DNA of 64,000 nucleotides from Octopus sinensis. Taxonomy: Eukaryota. Below, piece after piece: positions 41,601 to 52,942 of this stretch (the stretch's first letter is position 1; each line of letters begins with the position of its first letter). The notes beneath the pieces were generated by a model. That model had not been told where the DNA came from, searched no databases, and saw only the letters and a program-made list of their open reading frames with translations. The stretch covers positions 31,496,001-31,560,000 of the forward strand of contig NC_043010.1 of the NCBI RefSeq assembly GCF_006345805.1, written 5' to 3'. The position numbers were made by a program, and so were the translations under genes.

Positions 41601-44600
41601 TATCATCATCGTTTAACATCCGCTTTCCTTGCTAGCATGGGTTGGACGATTTGACTGGGGACTGGCAAACCAGTCTCCAATCTGATCTGGCAGAGTTTCT
41701 ACAGCTGTATGCCCTTCCTAATGCCAACCACTCCAAGAGTGTAGTGGGTGCTTTTACGTGCCACCAGCATGAGAGCCAGTCTGGTGGTACTGGCAATGGC
41801 CACACTCGAAAATGGTGTTTTTTATGTGCTACCTGCACAGGAGTCAGTCCAGTGACACTTCCAACGACCTCGCTCGAATATTTTGTTCACGTGCCATTAA
41901 GGTGGTGCTGGTAATGATCACGCTCAAATGGTGCTTTTTACTTGCCCACTGGCACAGAAGCCAGACAGCTGCTCTGGCAGTGATCCTGCTTGGATGGAGC
42001 TGTTAGAGCTCCATTGTCACGGGTGCCAGTCATCAAATTTGGTTCAATTTCGATTTCACTTGCCCCAAAAGGTTTTCGCAAGTAGAGTTTAGTGTCCAAT
42101 GAAGGGAGGTTGGCATGGGTGCCAGTCGTCGAATTTAGTTCGATTTCGATTTCACTTGCCTCAACAGGTCTTCACAAGCAGTTTTGTGTCCAAAGAAGGA
42201 AAGGTATGCATAAGTGGGCTGGCTACATCCCTGGTAAAGGCCATGACTTATGGTCTTGCTTGTTCTGCCGGGTCTTCTCATGCACAGCATATTTCCAAAG
42301 GTCTTGGTCACTAGTCACTGCCTCGGTGAAGCCTAATGTTCGAAGGTCGTGCTTCACCACCGCATCCCAGGTTTTCCTGGGTCTACCTCTTCCACAGGTT
42401 CCTTCAACTGCTAGGATGTGGCACTTTTTCACACAGCTATCTTCATCCATTCTCGCCACATGACCATACCAGTGCAATCTTCTCTCTTGCTCACCACAAC
42501 TGATGCTTCTTAGGTCCAACTTTTCTCTTAAGGTACTTACACTCTGTTGAGTATGTACACTGACATTACACATCCATCGGAGCATACTGGCTTCATTCCT
42601 TGCAAGCTTATGCATGTCCTCAGCAGTCACGGCCCATGTTTCACTGCCATGTAGCATGGCTGTCCGTACACATGCGTCATACAGTCTGCCTTTTACTCTG
42701 AGTGAGAGGCTCTTTGTCACCAGCAGAGGTAGGAGCTCTCTGAACTTGGCCCAGACTATTCTTATTCTAGCTGCTACACTTTCAGCACACCCACCCCCCG
42801 CTACTGACTTGGTCCCCTAGGTAACGGAAACTATCAACTACTTCTAGTTTTTCTCCCTGGAATGTGACAGAAGTTATTCTCTGCACACTTTCAGCGTTTA
42901 TTGCTCCTGAGCATCTGCCACAATCAAAAACTATTTTCTTAGTTAGCCTTCCTTTGACATTGCTGCACCTCTTATGTGTCCATAGTTTACACTGGGTACA
43001 TCTTATAGAGTTTCTACCTATGCCTTTTCTATAGATTGAGCAGGGCCATCAACCTGAAGGGATTTGTGGTTTGTCTATCTTCCTACTTATTAGGACTTTG
43101 GTTTTAGCTAGGTTGACTCTAAGGCTCTTCGATTTTAATCCTTGCTTCCACATCTGAAACTTCTCTAGTTCTGATAGTGACTCAGTAATTAGAGCAAGGT
43201 CGTCAGCATAGAGGAGCTCCCAGGCACATCCTATCTTGAATTCCTCTGTTATTGCCTGGAGAACTATGATAAATCTCTCTCTATATAAACGGCAGTTTGT
43301 CTGTGCGTTTTCTGTGTGTCTGTTTTCTCGTACCCTCACTCTGACCACGGCTTTCAACCGATTCTGATGAAACTTGACACACACATAGCCCAATGTCATA
43401 ATTCAAAACTAACGCAGCGAAAATTTTGAAAAGTTCCCCCAGTTCTGAAAAAGATCGATAAATTCGACATGGGGTCGAGAATCTGAAACCCAAACCACAG
43501 ACCGTCTAGGGGACGCAACTCCACCTTTTTTATCCATAAAAAAAAATTTACCATCATTTTTTTCCCATTTTTTTGCTATTTTTTGGCTATAACTCTCTAA
43601 AAATGCTTTATAGTTATTTCCCTTACAAACCCGAGCAACGCCGGGCGATACTGCTAGTAGTTTATATATATAAATAGATATGTGTGTATTTTTAGTTATT
43701 AAGAAAATATACATTAAAAAATTACATAGTTTTTACATAAAGTAGAATATAATATTATATAACTTTACTGTTTGTTATTACATAGGTTACTACATGCATG
43801 TCTACATGTATATGTGTATATATAGATATGTATGTATTGATTTATACGTTAAGATATGTATATATAAATATTATAAACATTTTCAATTATTCATGATATT
43901 TACAATTAGTTTTAATCATTCGGTCTTCAATCAACCAACCGTAACTGAGACAAAGAAATTCAAATTTGTTAAGCAATTAGATTTAGCTTATGATTAAAAA
44001 TAATTGCTCCCCAATCCCCGATAGATTTAAATCACTAAAATATTAAGATATAACGAATAACAAGACTCTTGTAGCTAATCTATTATCTCTTAACACATGA
44101 ACTCTTATTACGAAATATTCTGTGAAATTATATTATTAATTCGGTGTAGAAACATGTATGTATAATTTCGTCATAACAAAAAGAAAAAAATTTTCATATA
44201 GATATTGGTGTATATTTGTACATATGAATATATATGCATGTTGCTTCAATTTGTTGCCCACGTGCATGGACTTATGTGTATGCAGAAGAATAATATTGTA
44301 ATAACTCTGGTCTAACTGTATGTTATATGTATATATTGACTGTGATTTTAAAATTGATAAGATTACCTCTTTCGTAACTATCTGTTTATATTATATTATG
44401 GTATACTATATATTGGAATCTCCTATAATATATATTGTGAACTGAAGATTACACTGAATCTATTATTATTATTATTATTATTATTAATAATAATAATAAT
44501 AACAATAATATTAGTAATAATTAAATATTATGTGTGTATTCATGAATATGGATGTATATGTATGTTCCATATATGTATATATATATGTATATAATTAATT

Positions 44601-46191
44601 GTCTATATGCTTGTGCGTATGTTTAATTGTGCCTATTTATGTACATGTATAGGCAGTGGCCGGGCAACAAAATTTGCTGTTGGACTTATAAAACTTTAAT
44701 TCAACCCCTTTAATTCTTGATATCATTTCTATCCTGTGTAAGCTGGACATTTTTTATATGTAAACATATGTATACTTTTTGTATTAAATGCATTTAATAT
44801 TTTTTGTATATCAACTTGCCTAACCTCACATTTACTCCTCCACCTCTTGAGTACTATGAAGTGTATTCTGTACAGAGAATATCTGTTTCTCATCTATAAA
44901 CCATGTGTGTGTGTGTGTGTGTGTTGATATGTGTGTATGTGTATAGCTGTGTGTTATATTTATAAGCATGTGTATATTCTTGCATAGATGTGTTTCTGTG
45001 TATGTTTCTGTGTGTATTTTGTATATTCAAGATTAACACACTGTATGGAAAGTATATGGAGATATGGTTGGTGTGAAAGTGTGATTGTTGAAAGTTCAGA
45101 CTTCTTTTGTGGATATTAGATGATTTTGAATAAAAGTTTATAGCTAAAGAACACAGTTTGTTGGTGTTAGGTTGACTTTCTGCCTAGAAGCACTTGTCCG
45201 TGACTTCTTTAAAATCTTTACACCAACTGTCTTGTCCCTAAACCAGCTGACCACCCGTGTAATTACTTTGGTAGTTATTTTAGATCATTTGGTTATATTT
45301 TTAAGTTACTTTATCTCTGTTATTTAGCTTAAATTTTTTTATTTGGCATTTAAACTTAACTGATCTAAGGGCATTCATATGTGAAGAAATTTTTTTCTAT
45401 ACTAGATAGCAACACAGCTTGTCTTTGCTCTGTTGTTGAGCTTTTATTGGTCAAATCACTGTAATTTTATTCACTTTTGGCCTTCTATACATTGTAAGTA
45501 TAGAGTGAATTTTATGTGATCTGATGAGCTTTCTTTATTTGCACTTATTTGTAAATATGCAATTGTATAAAACTGAGCATACATACATACTAGTATGTAT
45601 TATACTAATGTATACTTTGTATAATTTCTTATACACTGATTTACTCATATAAATATAAATACATACACACATACACACAATGGTACAGCCCTGGCTAAGC
45701 TAAATCATAAAATATATCTGAAGTTCCAGATTAGGCAGATAAGTTCATGTGAAAGACAATAGCCATCTTTGGCACAATTACCTTTAATTAATTTGATGGG
45801 GGTGAGTGTAAGATAGTGATAAATTTGGGTTGTACAAAGTTGATCTGAGTGGTAACAATGGTTGAAGGAAGGGTATGTGTGTGTGTGTGTAAGGAAAATT
45901 AGAAGGTCATCCGGGAAGGAGCTGTCATAATCATGTTCTCTACATAATCTTAGGTTTGGACTGGGGCGATGGAGAAGAAAATTGTGAAGGAGTAGAAGGT
46001 GGGAGGAGGGGGCATTAAGATGTTTACTTTTTTTTTCTATTTTGTACTTGATTTTACATTTTCGTGTGTGTGTGTATATACACATATACATATGTATGCA
46101 TGCATATATACAAACATAGAAAAGGAGAAAGGTGGTCATGCTCAAAAGCATGTGAATAGTTATAACATTTATACATACACACATCCTTGAG

Positions 46192-46240
<49 letters not shown>

Positions 46241-49200
46241 TTGGTATATAATGTGATGAGCAGATATTCATAGTAACATCACTAGTTAATGCCCCCACCT
46301 GCCCTCTTTTCCCCACTTCCTTCTCCACCACTAATTTATCACTAATTTGCTCTTGTCTTGCAGTATAATGAAGTGTACAACTTCCCAATGAAGGCATTTA
46401 CCAAGGTGTTAGATGGAGAAGAGGTAGAAGAGGAGGAGGAGGAGGATGAAGAAGAAGAAGAAGAGATAGACAGTGAAGAGGAAGGAAACCGAGGGCAGAT
46501 TGCAGAGGAGGTGGAAGAAGAGATGGAGAAAGTGAAAGGCGAGAAGGTAAAAATATTAAAATTTTTGTTGTTGTTGGTTTGCTGTTGCTCAGAGTGATGA
46601 TTGTGATATAAATATTTGTGTAATAACTATTTTTTTATTCTTTATTGTTTCAACCATTTGACTGCAGCCATGCTGGAGCACCGCCTTTAGTTGAACAAAT
46701 CGACCCAGGATTTATTCTTTGTAAGCGTAGTACTTACTCTATCAGTCTCTTTTGCCGAACCACTAAGTTACGGGGACGTAGACATGCCACCATCGGTTGT
46801 CAAGCCTGAGGCTATAGTAGAAGACACTTGTCCAAGGTGCCATGCAGTGGGACTGAACCTGGAACTATGTGGCTGGTAAGCAAGCTACTTACCACACAGC
46901 CACTCCTGTGCCTATATGCAAAAATATCGAAGTTTATGCATATATACAAACATACTTTCTGTTTCTTTTGTGATGCTTATACATATCAGCATCATCATCA
47001 TTTAAATGTCCATTTTCCATACTGGCAAAGGTTGGATGATTTGAAAGGAACTGACAAACCAGAGGACTATTTCAAGCTCCAATAGCTACTTTGGCATGGT
47101 TTCTATGGTTGGATGCCCTTGCTGGTGCCAACCACTTTACAGTGTAGTGAGTACCTCACAAAACTCAGAGATGTAGTATTGAGAGAAAGGCTTCATACCA
47201 GTTGATGAAATTAAAGTATAATAGAGGAACAGGAAAGCTGGAAAAAATGAGAAGATGGTGGCTATGAGGTATCTGAGCACCCTTCAAGTTACAGGAAGGT
47301 GAATATAAGAGAAGTGGTACAAAGGATTTGATAAAGTGAGTGGGTTGGTAAGTTCTTGAGGGTGTGAAAGGAAAGGTAGATGGATTAAAATGAGGTGAAT
47401 GCAGTGAATAGTAAAAATGGGTGGGGGCATGGTCAGAGGTAAACATGGTTGGTGGTGGTGGGGAATTGGAGTATATCAGGGAGATAACAAATAATGCGAA
47501 GTATGTGGAGGGTGTAAGAGAGATGCATGGTGCTAGAGACGAGTGATACATAGTGGTGAGAATAGTGAGTGAGGAATAGAGGTAGTGGGGTGTTACTGGA
47601 AAAGGAGTGGTGAAAGGAGTATTCAGTAGGGATTTGCACCCCACATCAGCTTTAACTTAAGCTGATGTCGGGTGCAGAAATGTATGTCGCGATCCACTGT
47701 TAAAGCCTGTTAACTTCCATCCTTGTGTTTTATTCATCAGCATCATCATCATTTCATGTTGGAATGGGTTGGATGGTTTGACCAGGGCTGGCAAGCTGGA
47801 AGGCTGCATCAGACTCCAGTCTGATTTGGTATAGTTTCTATAGCTGGATGCCCTTCGTAATGCCAATCATTCTGAGAGTGTAATGGGTTCTTTTATGTGC
47901 CACCAGTACAGGTGCCATTTGCATGACACCAGAATCAGCCATGACTGCTGTTTTACTTGGTTTAACCCTTTCGATACTGACCCGGCTGAAAAATTTTTTG
48001 GTTCATAATACCAACCCGGCCGTAGCCTGCTGAGAGTACCCATTGTTATTTAAATGTGAATTTAAGCCCAAATCTCGTAAGTACATTTGTGAAAATACGT
48101 GATTTCATTTTGTAAATAGTTGGGTTATAGTATCCGAAAATGAAAGCAGCGATTATGAAGAAAGAAAGCGGTGATAGCGACAGCAAAGACGATTTTACAT
48201 CGGAATGAAGTAACAACTTTAAAAATGTTTTTATTAGCAATTTTTCTGAGGAGATAGAGTTTATCTATAGTCTTTCTTAGGAAGCAAGACCATCAGACTT
48301 TTATTTTTTTCAGTATGCTTGTTTGAAGAGATTACTGTGGAAACAAACACAAAATGGGGGATCAAAGTTTGGAAAATTTGTGAAGCAAATACTAGGTATG
48401 GCTGTGGATTTAGTTTTTATACAGGGAAAATAATGTTAGTCAGCATGGCCTAGGGTATGGTGTGGTCTGGAATTTATTGTTTGAAGCGATCACTGCGGAA
48501 ACAAACTTACACAGAATGTAAACAAACACAAAATGGGGGATCAAAATTTGGAAAATTTGTGAAGCAAATACTAGGTATGGCTGCGGATTTAGTTTTTATA
48601 CTGGGAAAATAATGTTAGTCAGCATGGCCTAGGGTACGGTGTGGTCTGGAATTTATTGTTTGAAGCGATCACTGCAGAAACAAACTTACGCAGAATGTAA
48701 ACAAACACAAAATGGGGGATCAAAATTTGGAAAATTTGTGAAGCAAATACTAGGTATGGCTGTGGATTTAGTTTTTATACAAGGAAAATAATGTTAGTCA
48801 GCATGGCCTAGGGTACGATGTGGTCTGGAATTTATCACTTCCCTACCATAACCAGGGCCGTATAATATTTTTTGACCGATTTCTTTAGTTCGGTCAAACT
48901 TGCGGTGGATTTAGGTGGATTCCAGTATTTCAGTTTATATCACCTTTATGGTACACCTGTTCTGTTGTGCATTACATTCAACTGATGATCTAGTGATGTG
49001 CACAATTCTTCTATATCAAAATTTTGTTGCATACCCAATTGAATATTAGCTGCTGATTCATTTTCTATGGTGATGTTTAAACAAAATTTTTATATTTTTA
49101 CCTTTGCTCAGTTTACCTGGATTTACCTGTAATTAAAGTCACTTTGAGACAAAAGAACCCTTTCTTTAATTATGTTCCAAATATCATATTAATATGTTGA

Positions 49201-52200
49201 TAAGTAAAAAAGTTACAGTTATTTAATAAAACTAGTCTAAATTCATGATTATTATAGAATTTAATTGAAACTCATGAGGGGGTGTGTTTTGGTCAGAAAT
49301 ATAGTAACAAAAGGGTTAATGGGTTTTCTTCTCAAACATGACATAGTGCCAAAGGTCTTGGTCATTTGTCATTGCCTCCATGAGGTCCAACACTCAAAAG
49401 GTGCTTTTCACATGCGACTGGCATCATCCACTTTGACCTTCACGAGGCCCAATGCTCGAAAGGTGCTTTTTTATGTGCCAGTTACGTGACACCAGCATTG
49501 GCCACAACTATGATTTCACTTGGCTTGACAGGTCTTCTCAAGCAACATTCAAACGGTATATTTCACATGCCACCAGCACAATTGATTAGGAATAGAATTA
49601 AACCAGATGAGATGCAGTTTGGTTTTGTACCTGGGAAGAGTGCCACAGATGCCATGTGAGATTACTGTAGAAGTATTTGGCCAAAAGTAAACCATTGTAC
49701 TTGGCTTTTATTGATCTGGAGAAAGCTTTCGATAAAGTTTCTCACTCTGTTATCTGTTTATTATATTGAAATGGCTGTAGAAGAGAGAAAAAAAAAAGAG
49801 GAAATTTTGAAATATCAAAGATATCATTTGTTTTCTATCTCTGATCATCCAGCCATCCATCTCATTATCACATGTCATCATCATTTAATATCTGTTTTTC
49901 AGACTGGCATGGGTTGGATGGTTTGGCAGGAGCTGGCACACCAGAGGGTTGCAGCAAATTCCAATGTCAGCTTTGGCAAGAGTTCTGTGGCTAGGTGCCC
50001 TTCCTAATGCCAACCACTGTACAGAGTGTACTGGGTGCTTTTCATATGCCACCAGTACTAGTGAGGTTACCAAATAACTCAGAAACCAAGGCCGTCTCAA
50101 CTGAGGAGGGAGTAGTATTAAGGGAGTTAGGGATAACCGAAATGCAGTTATTGCTGAACATGGTGGAAGCACAGTCACTCATGAATAGTAGTTGGAAGGG
50201 AAGGTGGAGGAAGTAGGTGTGGGTCAGGGAGGTAATAGTGGCAGCAAACATATGAAGTTTGTGGAGGGTGGGATGCGCAGTGCTCAGGACAAGGTATACA
50301 TAAAGGTGGAAATTGTGGAAACAGAAGTAATGGGGTCAGGGTTGCCATTGGTAACATGGTGGGTGTACAAGGGAAAGGGGAGATGGAAGGGCTGTTCATC
50401 TTTAGAATATAAGAGAAAAGGCTGTGGTTCCAGGATGGTTGAATGGTGGGGGTGATGAAATACATGCAGTTCTACTCTCATAGTTATAGCAGTTAAGTTA
50501 ATAGTGCTCTACCTAATAGTGGTGGAGGGGGACAGATTTGGTGCAGGGGCATTGACATAAGTGATATGATTTTAAGGCCTCACATTTGCTTAGTTGAACC
50601 AGTTTTCTGCAATTGCCAATCATCTTGGTCCTTTGTCATCTCCTCAGTAAAGCTCAATCTCTGAAGGTCATCATTTTGTTAATATATATATATACACACA
50701 CATATATATATATATAACTTTAAAATTTTTAATTTTTCTCCTTTGAATTGTAGTGTCTTCACAAAAGCTTTATTCTCAATCAAATACACACACAATAACA
50801 CACATGCATGTGTGCACCCATAAACACACACATACATGCACATGCACACTAATATATGCATCCATATTCTCACACATACAAGTACTGATACATGCAGACA
50901 CACAAATATCAATTGTCGAAATGTTGAAAGTAAATGGAAACATGTCACTTAAGTCAGTAACTGCCTTAATATGAATGAAATAAGTTATGAATAATCCTTA
51001 TCATCATCATTGAAATGTATATTTCATTCTCTGTCACAACTTCTACCATACACCATGCACTGTTACCACTGCTACACACTTCCCAAAGCTATTACAACCT
51101 TCAGTACACCTCACTCATCACCATCACTTCTCTCTGAAAGAGGAAGCTGTATTGTGTGGACTTGTAAAATATTAATGTCAACAAATTTTGAGATGTCTAC
51201 TTATAATTCCCATACCAGGAAAGTCTTCTTTTGTACAGATCACATCTGGTTTCTTTTATATCTGTTTTTATTTTTTCTCTCTTTTCATTTGTGATCCATC
51301 ATTCACTAATATTACTCATCCACCAGAGCATCGTCACATCATTTTTTTTTCTACATTCAAGGCCTGTTTAGTACTTGTTGGGATCTTTATAAGAAGAGCA
51401 AAGCCCTTTGTTACCATCAAAGGTTAAGCTCCCTGAATTTTTCCACTCTGTTCTTACTCTGGTTACTATGCTTTTGGAATACTCACCTCCGCTTCCATTT
51501 AGTTCCTGAGGTAAAACTATCAACAACTTCTAGTTATTCTTTTGAACATTTGAGGAAGATTATACACAATTCATGTGTATAATCTTCTTGAAGAAACTGG
51601 CAAACAGGATCAACAGCTTTGATAGCAGAGCCCTGAGAACCATCAAATGATACCATCGCATTTCCAATAAAGAACTGTGAGCATGCACGGATCAGCCTGC
51701 AGCCTCCCACATCATAGTTATCTGTTGCATATGCTAGCATGGGCATTTCTTCCATCTCCTACTGAATCATCCTATCATGGCTCATTAAATGCAGCAGCTG
51801 CAGTCTGGAAAAGACCATGTAGCAGGCCCCACACCAGATAGCTCGATGTGATTGGGGAAGATCTTCAAAGGCTTGATGTCACCTTGAAGGATGCAGAGTG
51901 GCTGGCATAGGACCACCAGCAATGGACCTGCTCTGCTCTATGTATGATGGCATCTCTGGGGTCACTAATGTGGGATCACCCTAGCCCCATCAAATGAGCA
52001 TGAAGCAAGAAAGTATCTTTGCTTGTATAGCAGTTAACAACGATTAACTATGCAAGTGACTTAGATATTTCAAGTATCTCAGTATCTGTATCTGTAGTCC
52101 AGCTGCCTTTGTACTCTTAATTGCTCTATCTCACATATAGATAGAATTGCTGGTCCTCCTTTGGATCTCCTTTGAGTGGACTCTCCTATGCAGACTTCTC

Positions 52201-52906
52201 ATTCTGTAACATCACATGCAGAACACATGCCAAGTCTGTATCTAAGCTTTTAGAACTTTATCTGCATAATGTTGCCTTCCATCTGCCTGGAGCCTTATTC
52301 TTTTTCTTTTCTTCTTCTACTCTGGGTACAAGACCCACAATTTTTGGGGAGAGGGCCAGTTGACCCCAGTGTGCAACTGGTACTTAATTTATTGACCCTG
52401 AAAGGACGAAAGGCAATGTTGACCTTGGCAGAATTTGAACTCAGAATGTAAAGACAGGCGAAATACCACTAAGTATTTTGCTCAGCATGCTAACATTTCT
52501 GCCATCTTACCACCTTCTCTTGGAGCCTTACTCTAGCAAGAGGTCTGGTCTGAAGCCTTCGCCTGATATCCTATAGATTTATAGCATAGACAACGACCAG
52601 TTGTCTGTTACAAGTCCTTATCTTATCCCCTGTAATATGCATCAACTAGAACTTCTCTGAACATACAATTAAGGTCTCCTTCAGCTTCTATATATTACTT
52701 GTCCATATTGTCATATACTAAGCTCAATAACTAATAAATTTTACTATAATTTTATATATTCTATCTACATACTTAGAGTACATCAAGTTATGTGGAATAT
52801 GTTCCTTACGATGAATTTGAAGAAAGTGATATTGAAGATCTTGAGGTGAGTATTACACTGTTCTGATGTGTTGGCATGTTTATATATATATATGTGTGTG
52901 TGTGTA

Positions 52907-52942
<36 letters not shown>

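Noticed and set aside
52777-52779. Alternative acceptor two bases downstream at exon 9 (TTAG/AG)
   Set aside because: Using the second AG breaks the frame; only 52777 is consistent with phase 0 on both sides.
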